A stretch of 64,000 nucleotides of DNA from an uncultured virus (IMG/VR IMGVR_UViG_3300020183_000055) (taxonomy: Duplodnaviria > Heunggongvirae > Uroviricota > Caudoviricetes). The DNA lies in the IMG/VR virus record IMGVR_UViG_3300020183_000055, positions 1-64,000 of that record; one strand, written 5' to 3'. The notes beneath the pieces are model-generated. The model ran no database searches. It was not told the DNA's origin and saw nothing but the letters and a program-made list of their open reading frames with translations. This document shows positions 27,763-36,879 of this stretch, piece by piece. A program made the position numbers and the translations under genes. Positions within the stretch are counted from its first letter, which is position 1. Every line of letters starts with the position of its first letter.

Positions 27763-29166
27763 TTACGTTAATTTTTTTAATTGTTTCTCCAACTGGTCGA
27801 TTTCTATTTGAAGTTTTAACATCTTATCCTTGGCCTGTCTTCTTTTGGCATACAGGTCCTTAATGATCGACTTCAAAATCGGATCTTCATCGTCTCCTCC
27901 AAACACAGCTCCGGAGGAAGTTTTGATCCAACTTTCTTTTGTGTCCAATAAATTTTTACCTTTATAAACCTCGGGCGAGATTCCCCACTGCACGATCGTG
28001 TTGGGGTACAGAGAAGCGAAGTCATAACATGCTACCCATTCGTGCAATCCAACAATTGGATCTTTGACATATGCACCAGCAAATTTGACGTGATTTTCAT
28101 CCTTTCTTGTTTGCACAAAAACCTGTTTTCGATCAAGAAATTTTCTCATCATCATCACCTCGGTAGACCAAACTGGGGACAAAGCCCTATTGATCTCAAC
28201 CCCGTTTAAATTCGCTATTTTAAAGAAGGTCAACATCGTCTTTAATTTCTTGTCGATGTAATGAACCAGTGCACAGTCAATTGCGTTGTAAAAAATGAAT
28301 TTGGTGAAATCCGATTGGTAAAGGGTTCGGAGTGTTCCCTCATAATGGATTTTTTTCAATCCGGTTGCTTTTTCTGCAACATAATCCAAACGATTGCTTT
28401 CTTTGATTTTTATTACCCTATCCCACTTCTTGTAAATTTCAAGATAGTCAACCATGAGAATGTGGGCTGGAAGTTGATTTTGACCAATCAAATAACCACT
28501 CGGAGAAATGATCTTAGGATCTATCCCAAGCCTCTTCGCCCGATTGATAAGATAAGGCCAGTCATAACCAAACCAGTTCCAACCTGTGATGACTGACATT
28601 TTGGATGCTATATCCTTGAAGAAGGTGTAAAGCATGTCGTATTCAGACTCAAACTTTTTGTACTTAAAGTCCCAGGTGTCTCCTGTTTGTTGTAAATACT
28701 CGTTGACCTGTTGGTAGATCAATCCTTGTTGTTCGGCGTCCAAATCATCCAGCCCCAGGACAATCAATTTGCATTTATCTGTGGCTATCCCGATGGACAA
28801 AATTTTATTTTTTGCCTTCTCTGTATCCAAAGAATCTTTCATCTCGTCGGTCATTTCGACCTCAATATCCACAAAGAATTTTTTGGGTGTTTGGAATTCC
28901 CAGAGAGGCTTGGTTAGTTCTGGATCTGCCTCTTCGAGCAATTGTAAAATTCGATATTTGTCGTACTTCGTATTTTTGTGCTTTTTGATTGAGGATCCTT
29001 CCCAATTTTTCCAAGTTTTATCCCGGTCCCTATCACTGTGCGAACAAATTTGCCATACAAATCTTTCCTCTGGTGGAATTGGAACGTTAATGAATTTGAT
29101 TCCACCTTCTTCTGTAAAGGTCGAAATTTTAAGTTCTTCACCTTTATTTTCAATATCTACTATCAT
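27763..29166 (-). CDS. Family B DNA polymerase, N-terminal half (3'-5' exonuclease plus palm motif A)
   Basis: ExoI FVDIEV, ExoII GWNWFGYDWPYL, ExoIII YNAID and motif A YDFASLYPNTI; ends in the first finger helix with no motif B or C. Confidence 0.85.
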   Translation of the reverse strand: MIVDIENKGEELKISTFTEEGGIKFINVPIPPEERFVWQICSHSDRDRDKTWKNWEGSSIKKHKNTKYDKYRILQLLEEADPELTKPLWEFQTPKKFFVDIEVEMTDEMKDSLDTEKAKNKILSIGIATDKCKLIVLGLDDLDAEQQGLIYQQVNEYLQQTGDTWDFKYKKFESEYDMLYTFFKDIASKMSVITGWNWFGYDWPYLINRAKRLGIDPKIISPSGYLIGQNQLPAHILMVDYLEIYKKWDRVIKIKESNRLDYVAEKATGLKKIHYEGTLRTLYQSDFTKFIFYNAIDCALVHYIDKKLKTMLTFFKIANLNGVEINRALSPVWSTEVMMMRKFLDRKQVFVQTRKDENHVKFAGAYVKDPIVGLHEWVACYDFASLYPNTIVQWGISPEVYKGKNLLDTKESWIKTSSGAVFGGDDEDPILKSIIKDLYAKRRQAKDKMLKLQIEIDQLEKQLKKLT

Positions 29167-29196
29167 AAATGAAATCCTGAATGGATATATACACTT

Positions 29197-29523
29197 ATGT
29201 TGGACAATCTTAAAAGTTTCGGAAATTTCGTTTCAGAAAACTGGAGCGCCTTCGCTCCAGGTAGCGTGGCAGTACCCGGGGAATGGTACAAAGACAATGT
29301 AAATTCTAGAAATTACCGCCCCGCCTACACACAAATGCCCAGGGTTGTAGACGATCTTTACAACACCACTGATTTATACTCTTACCTTGATGAATTGGCG
29401 GAGGAAGAAGAATTCCAAAAGGTACTCGCCAAAGATCACAAGAATTCGAAGAAAATTTTAAAGTACGTCAAACAGAGAATTCACGAGACACTTTCAGGGA
29501 ACGCCAAAACGGAATCCAAATAG
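29197..29523 (+). CDS. Hypothetical protein with a capsid-targeting-like leader
   Basis: MLDNLKSFGNFVSE; GATATATA at 29184-29191. Confidence 0.6.
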   Translation: MLDNLKSFGNFVSENWSAFAPGSVAVPGEWYKDNVNSRNYRPAYTQMPRVVDDLYNTTDLYSYLDELAEEEEFQKVLAKDHKNSKKILKYVKQRIHETLSGNAKTESK

Positions 29524-29882
29524 GCCTGAAGCTTTTTGTCTGTCACCTGGATGCTGAGATTTTTATCAACAAAAATTTTCCAAGAATCTGACGCATATCT
29601 GCCAACACCAGGAAGTTCCAAAACCGAATCAAATCCTTCCACCCATTTTTTACTCATGTTCACGATCCTCTGACTTTTAACAGAAGAAAATCCGGTGCTT
29701 AGAATAATTTCTGAGATTTTCTCTGGCTCCATTTGTGAAGCAGAAATGGGATCGGGTATTAAAATAAATAAAGGATCTAAAATTTTTCTTACCTGCTGGT
29801 TGGTTGTTTGATTTAGAAGAATACAACAAACCATCATTTTCCACGGATTATAAAGATAATCTTCTTGGATCAGTCTTTCCAT
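29481..29882 (-). CDS. MBD4-like HhH-GPD DNA glycosylase
   Basis: PWKMMVCCILLNQT, LELPGVGRYASDSWKIF and TDKKL. Confidence 0.75.
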   Translation of the reverse strand: MERLIQEDYLYNPWKMMVCCILLNQTTNQQVRKILDPLFILIPDPISASQMEPEKISEIILSTGFSSVKSQRIVNMSKKWVEGFDSVLELPGVGRYASDSWKIFVDKNLSIQVTDKKLQAYLDSVLAFPESVS

Positions 29883-29894
29883 TTGCCTAAAAAT

Positions 29895-29926
29895 AAAAAA
29901 GCCCGTTCAAATTCGAACGAGCTTTT
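29895..29926 (-). terminator. Rho-independent terminator after hsp20
   Basis: AAAAAAGCCCGTTC-aaattc-GAACGAGCTTTT. Confidence 0.7.
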
Positions 29927-29949
29927 GTGAAATTGCCGAATATTTAGGG

Positions 29950-30306
29950 TTAGAGGACCGCGATTTTCTTTGAGATAGCCTGCTTTTTCTTCGGGATTCT
30001 TAGAGAAAGAATGCCGTTTTCTAATTTGGCCTCCATTTTAGACCCATCCACATTCTCCGGCAATTTGTATTTTTTAGAAAATCCGTTGGACCATTTATTG
30101 GTTTCGGATTTCGCCTCCACCAGAAGTACGTTATCAGTTACTTCCAATGAGATTTCTTTTTGGGCGAATCCTGGAACTTTAAATTCGGCTTCCAAAGAAT
30201 TTTCTTGTTCGTTGACCTGGTAATCTACAGAATCAACTAAACCGAGATCGTTGGATAAGATTCTATCCATCATCTCAAGAGGGTGATAAAAACGGTATTT
30301 GTTCAT
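29950..30306 (-). CDS. Small heat-shock protein (Hsp20/alpha-crystallin)
   Basis: VPGFAQKEISLEV, FSKKYKLPENVD and AKLENGILSLRIPK. Confidence 0.9.
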   Translation of the reverse strand: MNKYRFYHPLEMMDRILSNDLGLVDSVDYQVNEQENSLEAEFKVPGFAQKEISLEVTDNVLLVEAKSETNKWSNGFSKKYKLPENVDGSKMEAKLENGILSLRIPKKKQAISKKIAVL

Positions 30307-30331
30307 AAATGTTATTTTTTAACATTTAATA

Positions 30332-30413
30332 ATCGAATTTTGTTCCAAAATTTATTCCACATTAATTTTCGACAATTTGTCTTATTTTTTAAAAAAAAGG
30401 TGACAATTTGTCA
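30332..30413 (-). promoter_or_regulatory. Putative sigma54-like promoter and two palindromic operator sites upstream of hsp20
   Basis: TTGGAACAAAATTCGAT (GG-N10-GA) at about 30332-30348; GACAATTTGTC at 30371-30381 and TGACAATTTGTCA at 30401-30413. Confidence 0.45.
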
Positions 30414-30484
30414 AGACATTAATAAAAGGGAATTCTATGCAGGACAGATAAATTCAACAATTTTGTCGAAGTCTTAGTACCAAC

Positions 30485-30515
30485 AAAAAAAACCAGACCT
30501 AACGATCTGGTTTTT
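30485..30515 (-). terminator. Rho-independent terminator (possibly bidirectional)
   Basis: AAAAACCAGA-cctaacga-TCTGGTTTTT. Confidence 0.7.
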
Positions 30516-30537
30516 GAAATAAGTGAAAGTTTGATTT

Positions 30538-31923
30538 TTACAATCTCCAATCCAAGTCATCAGATAATAAAGAAAACTCAAGTTCTCCAAATTCTATTAA
30601 ATGACGATTTTCGTTTAAGAATTCTGAACCATAGACTTCATACATAGTAGATTCAAAGAATTTCTTTCCTTTTTCATACATAGATGATAGCCAGCTAACA
30701 GCCCCGCTGTAAGCTCTTTCTGTTGCTGCAACAACGCTTTTTCCAAAATTCTTAACCCCTTGAATAGCCCCTTGCAAAGCTTTCTTTGTAACATCAACAG
30801 CATATTGAAAACCTGCTTTTAGTGTCTCCTTCACCTTTGTGATTCCATCACCAATTGCTTTAACTGCGTTTACTACAAAAGTTTTTACTTCTTTTGCAGC
30901 TGAGATTACACCTTTGACGGCTGCATCAAACGTGTTAGCTGCTGCTTGGAAAATTGTTAATGCAACACCAGCGAGTGTATAAGCAACGGCTTGGGCTCCT
31001 TGTATAAAGCCATATACAATTTTGAGAGATGCTTTACCAAGAAGTGTAACAGCATCACATACACCTTTCCAAATTTCTGTAGATGCATCTTTGAGGCCCT
31101 CCCAAGCTTTTTCTCCCACGCTAGCAATCCATTTTCCGAATTCCATAAGTCCCTGAACTGCTACACCTGCAACATAAGCAGCTCCACCCAATACCATTTT
31201 AGAAATAGCAGTGATTCCGGATATCATAGCATTAGCTGTTTCTAAAGTAACTAGAACAATAGCGGCTCCAGTCCAAATAATTGCCTTGCCAGCATATTTA
31301 ACCCCCTCAAGTAACAATTTTAATCCTTCTGCCATACCACTTTCTCTTGCTGCTTGTACTTTTTCTTGAGCACCTTTTTTTGGTATTAAAATTATTTTTT
31401 TATTATTTCCGGATTTATCCGTATTAACGATGTAAACTTCGTAAAGAGCTAACAATTCCGGAGGCATTTTTGCCCTTAAATCTTCTAACAATTTATTTAT
31501 TTCACTTTGTTTTTCAGTGGGAACTTTCAAAACATCAACCATTTTTTGCAAAGTTTGGACACCAACTTTTCCATCTACAGTGAGTTTATTATTTTTTTGA
31601 AAATCTTTAACGGCTTTTATTGTTTTTGGCCCAAAATCCCCATCTACATCTTTACCTTCAAATCCAAGTATTCCTTGAAGCCATTTAACCCTGTCTCCTT
31701 TTTCTCCCGGTTTAATTGAACCGTATGCACTAATACCTGTCCCACTTTCTTTAATTGCTTTAGGATCGAGCTCTGCCATTACATCAGCTATTTGTTCAGA
31801 ACTAACCGCTAGATCATCAAGCCCTATGTCTATTTTACTTCCAGAAGATTCAGATTCTTTAATATAAAATTCAGATTCATATATCGAAGAAAATTGGTCG
31901 AAGTTTAAAATTTTGTTTTTCAT
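30538..31923 (-). CDS. Virion-type protein with a peptidoglycan-binding domain and an Ala/Gly-rich amphipathic helical region
   Basis: GEKGDRVKWLQ...VDGDFGPKTIKAVKDFQKNNKLTVDGKVGVQT (PG_binding_1); leader ILNFDQFSSIYES; GATATATA at 31939-31946. Confidence 0.75.
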   Translation of the reverse strand: MKNKILNFDQFSSIYESEFYIKESESSGSKIDIGLDDLAVSSEQIADVMAELDPKAIKESGTGISAYGSIKPGEKGDRVKWLQGILGFEGKDVDGDFGPKTIKAVKDFQKNNKLTVDGKVGVQTLQKMVDVLKVPTEKQSEINKLLEDLRAKMPPELLALYEVYIVNTDKSGNNKKIILIPKKGAQEKVQAARESGMAEGLKLLLEGVKYAGKAIIWTGAAIVLVTLETANAMISGITAISKMVLGGAAYVAGVAVQGLMEFGKWIASVGEKAWEGLKDASTEIWKGVCDAVTLLGKASLKIVYGFIQGAQAVAYTLAGVALTIFQAAANTFDAAVKGVISAAKEVKTFVVNAVKAIGDGITKVKETLKAGFQYAVDVTKKALQGAIQGVKNFGKSVVAATERAYSGAVSWLSSMYEKGKKFFESTMYEVYGSEFLNENRHLIEFGELEFSLLSDDLDWRL

Positions 31924-31950
31924 CTGTGGGTTTTTTTATATATATCTTTT

Positions 31951-32409
31951 TTAATTTTGAAATTTCTTAGTTGTTTCCAAAAAGTCAGAAAATGATTGAA
32001 TAATTCTTTTTCTTGGTTTTTTTCCTTTAGATTTTATTGTTGAAGAATTTGTTCCTACCGTTAAAGTGTCAAATTTATCTCCAGATCCTTGCTTGGAGGC
32101 ATCGTAAAAATTTACATTTGTTCCTGGACCTGTTGGTGGTGTCACCGGTCCCATCCCCGGGGTTGAGTTCAAACTAGCCATTCCCCCTTCGCTCTCCTCC
32201 ATCTTGTATTTCGGATAACCACATTCACGAACGTAATTTTCTACCTGCCAATTTTCGGTACAATATGAATTTTCAACCATCCACTCACAGAGAGATTCTA
32301 AAATTTCTTCCGGAGAATTGTTTTTAGATTCATGATAAGGAAGGTCGTCACAGCAACATAAACAAACTACTGTGTGTCCTTGTGTGGTTTTGCCGGTTGG
32401 AAAAAACAT
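31951..32409 (-). CDS. Hypothetical protein
   Basis: 152 aa; ASLNSTPGMG...GSGD low-complexity segment and C-terminal IQSFSDFLE. Confidence 0.6.
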   Translation of the reverse strand: MFFPTGKTTQGHTVVCLCCCDDLPYHESKNNSPEEILESLCEWMVENSYCTENWQVENYVRECGYPKYKMEESEGGMASLNSTPGMGPVTPPTGPGTNVNFYDASKQGSGDKFDTLTVGTNSSTIKSKGKKPRKRIIQSFSDFLETTKKFQN

Positions 32410-32423
32410 AATTTCAATTTTTT

Positions 32424-32660
32424 TTAAAGAACTTCTGACACATCTTTTGCGAAAATGCGAATAACCTTTCCTTCTTGGTTATTGGTTATATATCCTATAA
32501 TATCACCATTTATGTCTCTAATCGGCGAAGAGATGGTTAAAATCTTTCCGGTAGAATGTCTGATATTTTTTCCGGTTAATTCATCATGAATTATTTCATG
32601 GTTCGAAGAAACCATTTGTGCTCCTTGTTCGTGATTCATTTGATTACAGCCGCAGCCCAT
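32424..32660 (-). CDS. Small CGC-motif protein, paralogue A
   Basis: MGCGCNQ...IRIFAKDV; GATATATA at 32684-32691. Confidence 0.65.
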   Translation of the reverse strand: MGCGCNQMNHEQGAQMVSSNHEIIHDELTGKNIRHSTGKILTISSPIRDINGDIIGYITNNQEGKVIRIFAKDVSEVL

Positions 32661-32715
32661 ATTATGTTTGTTTAAAATTTATCTATATATCGTTCACTCA
32701 AAATAAAATTTCAAA

Positions 32716-32955
32716 TTAAATTCTAACTACATCTTCGGCAAAAATTCTAAGTAATTTCCCCGATGAATTTCTGGTTGTGAACCCTATCAATCTTTTATCA
32801 TTTTGATTCAAAATTGGAGATATGATTTCCAATGCTGTACCATTACTATGTAAAATTCTTCTCCCGTTCAAAGAATTAGGATTATCATAATCCAATAAAG
32901 GATTGTGAACTGGTTGTCTCTCGAATGATTGGTTTTGATCGCAGCCGCAACTCAT
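32716..32955 (-). CDS. Small CGC-motif protein, paralogue B
   Basis: MSCGCDQ...LRIFAEDV; aligns with 32424-32660. Confidence 0.65.
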   Translation of the reverse strand: MSCGCDQNQSFERQPVHNPLLDYDNPNSLNGRRILHSNGTALEIISPILNQNDKRLIGFTTRNSSGKLLRIFAEDVVRI

Positions 32956-32965
32956 ATTTTTTAAT

Positions 32966-34735
32966 TTAAACTACTTTGAATTTAATTTCTATTCTAGGAT
33001 CCATTAATTTTAATGGTTGACCTTTTAAATTATATTTAGCAAATTTCAAAAAAAGATCAATTCTTTTTATATCATCCTTAGAAAAGATATTATACGCGGA
33101 TGGTTTTTTTGCACTTTCACTAGCAAGCAAAATCAAGTGGTTAATGTGTTCAGGTGTGAAGTTTTCCCAGCCATTCTCTAAAATATTTAAAGCATATTCC
33201 CCATCCATATTTTCGTTTTCGTCTGGGTTTTCACATATGGTTTTCGCTGTTCGAACCAATTCATTTTCATAATCTGCTGGAGAATATTTAGGATCTGCAG
33301 CAAATATCAATCCCTCTTTTTTATTGATGTACGGAAAATCCCCACCAAAAATTTCCTGACTTGCTTCCTTTGGGTCACAAGTAAACGGCTGGTCACTATC
33401 CCCAAGGAGTCTCTTTATCATTTCTTTTGTGGGATTTTTGTAGAATGTTACAAAATAAGTGTTAGCATGGGACAAAAACAAAGGGCTTCCATCTAGCGTT
33501 AATTTTGACCAATCCCCGGTTGCTGTTATAATTCTAATTTTTCCTGTGAAAGCAGCAGTTGGATCCAATCCTCTCGTGAGCATTCTTTGATATTTATTAT
33601 ATGCTTCTTTTTCTTTTTGAGTTGGTTCTAATCTTGGTTTAGCATTAACCTTCTTATTATATTCCTGATAGTTTCGGTATTCCTCTTCCGTGAATTCTTC
33701 TTCTTGTCCTTTAATAGAAGGAAGACCCGATAATCTCCGTATCCTATAATATTTATTATATGCTTCTCTTTCTTTTTGCGTTGGTTCTAATTTTGGTTTA
33801 GCGTTAATCTTCCTATTATATTCCTGATAGTTTCGGTAATCTTCTTCCGTAAATTCTTCTTCTTTTCTTCGAAAAGGAGCAATTGGATCCAATCCTTTCG
33901 TTCTGATCCTATTATATTTATTATATGCTTCTTTTTCTTTTTGCGTTGGTTCTAATCTTGGTTTAGCATTAATCTTCTTATTATATTCCTTAAAGTTTCG
34001 GTAATCTTCTTCCGTGAATTCTTCTTCTTGTTTTTTAAGAGGAGCAATTGGATTCGATATTTTTCGTTGCCTTTGATATTTATTATATGCTTCTCTTTCT
34101 TTTTGAGTTGGTTCTAATCTTGGTTTAGTGTTGATTCGGTTAGATTGATACTTCCTACTATATTCCCGATAGTTTCGGTAATCTTCTTCCGTAAATTCTT
34201 CTTCTTTTCTTCGAAAAGGAGCAATTGGATCCAATCCTTTCGTTCTGATCCTATTATATTTATTATATGCTTCTCTTTCTTTTTGCGTTGGTTCTAATTT
34301 TGGTTTAGCATAAATCTTCCTATTATATTCCTTAAAGTTTCGGTAATCTTCTTCCGTGAATTCTTCTTCTTGTCTTTTAAAAGGAGAATGACCCAATATT
34401 CTTTTTTGCCTACTATATTTATTATATGCTTCTCTTTCTTTTTGCGTTGGTTCTAATCTTGGTTTAGCATAAATCTTCTTAATATATTCCTGAAAGTTTC
34501 GGCGATCTTCTTCCGTGAATTCTTCTTTTTCCCCCTTCTTTTCTCGGAAAGGGTCAATTGGATCCAAACCTTTACGCTTCATTCTATGATATTTTCTCAT
34601 TGCTTCCATTTGTTCCTTTGTTGACGGAATCCCTTTCTTGCTATTATTTGTATATTGTTTAAAGTTCAAATAGTCCTCTTTAGTGAATTCTTCAGATTCG
34701 AAAAGAAAAATTGTAAAATTTTTGATATGTTTCAC
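32966..34735 (-). CDS. Charged protein with 7 tandem repeats of about 52-60 aa and a capsid-targeting-like leader
   Basis: Repeat EEFTEEDYRNxxEYxxKxxAKPxLEPTQKEREAYNKY; leader KHIKNFTIFLFES. Confidence 0.8.
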   Translation of the reverse strand: MKHIKNFTIFLFESEEFTKEDYLNFKQYTNNSKKGIPSTKEQMEAMRKYHRMKRKGLDPIDPFREKKGEKEEFTEEDRRNFQEYIKKIYAKPRLEPTQKEREAYNKYSRQKRILGHSPFKRQEEEFTEEDYRNFKEYNRKIYAKPKLEPTQKEREAYNKYNRIRTKGLDPIAPFRRKEEEFTEEDYRNYREYSRKYQSNRINTKPRLEPTQKEREAYNKYQRQRKISNPIAPLKKQEEEFTEEDYRNFKEYNKKINAKPRLEPTQKEKEAYNKYNRIRTKGLDPIAPFRRKEEEFTEEDYRNYQEYNRKINAKPKLEPTQKEREAYNKYYRIRRLSGLPSIKGQEEEFTEEEYRNYQEYNKKVNAKPRLEPTQKEKEAYNKYQRMLTRGLDPTAAFTGKIRIITATGDWSKLTLDGSPLFLSHANTYFVTFYKNPTKEMIKRLLGDSDQPFTCDPKEASQEIFGGDFPYINKKEGLIFAADPKYSPADYENELVRTAKTICENPDENENMDGEYALNILENGWENFTPEHINHLILLASESAKKPSAYNIFSKDDIKRIDLFLKFAKYNLKGQPLKLMDPRIEIKFKVV

Positions 34736-34792
34736 TGGCTATATTTTTTAATTTTATAGGTATGAACGATTGATTATATATTTTGAAGTATT

Positions 34793-35212
34793 CTATCTGT
34801 AATCGTTTCTCAATTCTTTTCTTCTGAGATAATTAAAAAGATATTGTAAAGCCCTGTTATAATCCTTCAAAGTTTTAAAGGGTCTAGGAAATCTTCGGAT
34901 GTCATTTCCCCCTCCTTCTGGAATTTCGTGTGATTTTTCTGGATTGTACCTTCTGACAATTCCACTTGGATGAACCGTATAAAAAACATCGCCGTGTCCC
35001 CTTTCTCTTTGTTTGTGTTTTATCCTAACAAATTTCAAGGTGTTATTCAATTCCTGTTGGTGAGAGTGTTCCTCTTCAAATCCTAAATCAATAATATTTC
35101 TATATGCTCCGGATTTTCTGATGTCATCCAAAGAAATATCTCTCCTGGTATCGGTTTTGTATTCTAACCTAGGATCGTATTTTTTGAATTCCAAAAGGTG
35201 ATGGAGCATCAA
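34793..35212 (-). CDS. Hypothetical protein
   Basis: 139-aa ORF within the operon. Confidence 0.6.
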   Translation of the reverse strand: MMLHHLLEFKKYDPRLEYKTDTRRDISLDDIRKSGAYRNIIDLGFEEEHSHQQELNNTLKFVRIKHKQRERGHGDVFYTVHPSGIVRRYNPEKSHEIPEGGGNDIRRFPRPFKTLKDYNRALQYLFNYLRRKELRNDYR

Positions 35213-35905
35213 TTAAGATTTTTTGGTGGCAATATAATCTCGATAGTCTGCCAGATGTGACATTTTCTTTTTCCCCTTTGGTTTGGTCACGTCGGGGTTC
35301 AAATGTGGGGTAATTGGTTTGATCCCACCACCAACATTGAGACCGGGTGTGAAAGTTGGTATTTTCTTTGAACCAATTAAAGGAGATGTTGCCCCAGCTA
35401 CCGGGATTCCCTTTTCGTATAAAGATTCAGATTCTTGAACTTTACCAGTAAGCATTTCAATATCCTCGATACTCAATCCATAGTCATCGTTAAAATCGGT
35501 GAAATAAACGTGACCAACTACATTTTGTCCAACGTCTGTAATGGTAAGAACATCTCCTACTTTAACGTTCTCGAACCCCTTGGCAGGTGAATACCATTCT
35601 GGGTAAGTAACATTCAAAACACGAATTTTTTCACCTGGTTTGTAATATTGAGTTTTGGATTTGATTGAATCCTCATCCACTGCTTCATAGTCATCATATT
35701 CAAAAGTTTCTTTCACGTAATGCGGAAGTCTTTTTGTTTTTGTAGAGGCGAACTTTTCAAGTTCCCTATCCGACATTTCTCCATCGGCTATATCCTTAAC
35801 TATCTTCCTATATCTTGAATCTATATCTTTCAATTTGAGAGATCCAGATCTTAAGGCCCAGGCCTGGCCCATTATTGCTTGTTGTGCTTTTGAAACTGCT
35901 GGCAT
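35213..35905 (-). CDS. DUF3008-like N-terminal domain protein
   Basis: MPAVSKAQQAIMG...MSDRELEKFASTKTKRLP. Confidence 0.55.
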   Translation of the reverse strand: MPAVSKAQQAIMGQAWALRSGSLKLKDIDSRYRKIVKDIADGEMSDRELEKFASTKTKRLPHYVKETFEYDDYEAVDEDSIKSKTQYYKPGEKIRVLNVTYPEWYSPAKGFENVKVGDVLTITDVGQNVVGHVYFTDFNDDYGLSIEDIEMLTGKVQESESLYEKGIPVAGATSPLIGSKKIPTFTPGLNVGGGIKPITPHLNPDVTKPKGKKKMSHLADYRDYIATKKS

Positions 35906-35909
35906 TTTA

Positions 35910-36509
35910 TTATTCGATTTTTTTTAATTTAATGTAATAGTTCGGATCTTCAAATAGGTGATCCATTGCTATCTCTCTTGCTTTTTGTGGGGAATCCGTG
36001 TGTTCCATCTCAACAAAAACTCCATCGACCAATTGTCTGGTTAGGTAATCTACAACACCAGATAAATCGTGGTCAAGAGATCCGGTGTGTTTTTTTGCTA
36101 AATCTAAAATTGTGAGATTATCCCCAAGACCACCTTTGAGAATCTCTCTAGATGTATCCTCCTCTTTTAGATAAAGGTTTTTCATTTTCTTCTTCATCTC
36201 CGCCGGGGTCATAGGCTTTGCATTCAATCCCCAATTGGCATTCGGATTGATGATTTTAGAAGATTTCTTTTTCCACTCGGGAAAAGTCCAAAGCCACTTG
36301 TTGTATGCCTTTCCCACAATTTCGAATCCCTTGTCTCCGGGCTGGATAGCAATTGGGGATTGTGGTGGCATATAAGAACTCGTCTCCGCCTCATTGCTTT
36401 GTTTGAAAGCCTTATCCACAATCTTGAAACCCGTATCTCCCGAAGGAATTTTCTTGGCAGATTTTGGTGGTTTGTAGCTTGAGGTAAGAGACGGGTTCTT
36501 TCTTTTCAT
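35910..36509 (-). CDS. DUF5661-like domain protein
   Basis: GVFVEMEHTDSPQKAREIAMDHLFEDPNYYIKL. Confidence 0.6.
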   Translation of the reverse strand: MKRKNPSLTSSYKPPKSAKKIPSGDTGFKIVDKAFKQSNEAETSSYMPPQSPIAIQPGDKGFEIVGKAYNKWLWTFPEWKKKSSKIINPNANWGLNAKPMTPAEMKKKMKNLYLKEEDTSREILKGGLGDNLTILDLAKKHTGSLDHDLSGVVDYLTRQLVDGVFVEMEHTDSPQKAREIAMDHLFEDPNYYIKLKKIE

Positions 36510-36523
36510 TCCATTGAATTATT

Positions 36524-36730
36524 TCACGAAATCACTGCTTCGACTTTGGATTTTGAAATTTGGATTGTTTCAAAAAATCCGGAAACACCCTCGAGGTGTT
36601 GGGCAACTTTGTGTTCAACTTCCAGAACGGATTCTGCCTCGACCAAAAATTCTCCTTTGGACATGACAGGATCTCCATTTTTCTTGGTTTCACCAGATTC
36701 GAATTGTACTCTTGCGATGTAGTATGGCAT
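36524..36730 (-). CDS. DUF4494-like protein (Bacteroidota-type)
   Basis: YYIARVQF...KNG...EFLVEAESVLEVE...ISKSKVEAV. Confidence 0.55.
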   Translation of the reverse strand: MPYYIARVQFESGETKKNGDPVMSKGEFLVEAESVLEVEHKVAQHLEGVSGFFETIQISKSKVEAVIS

Positions 36731-36832
36731 AAAAATTTATTTAGATGTTTTTTTTACTTTTCTTCTAATTTTTGTTTCTCCAAGAAATACAAATCTTTCG
36801 ATCTATATATCTTTTATAAAATCACAAAGCAC

Positions 36833-36861
36833 AAAAAAAGGCAACTCTTAAAGTTGCCTTT
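36833..36861 (-). terminator. Rho-independent terminator after the Hc1-like gene
   Basis: AAAAAAAGGCAACT-cttaa-AGTTGCCTTT. Confidence 0.75.
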
Positions 36862-36879
36862 ATAATTAGTAGAAAGAAA

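Noticed and set aside
33560..34695. Long near-identical DNA repeats as a non-coding array
   Set aside because: They are fully explained by the tandem protein repeat in ORF 32966-34735
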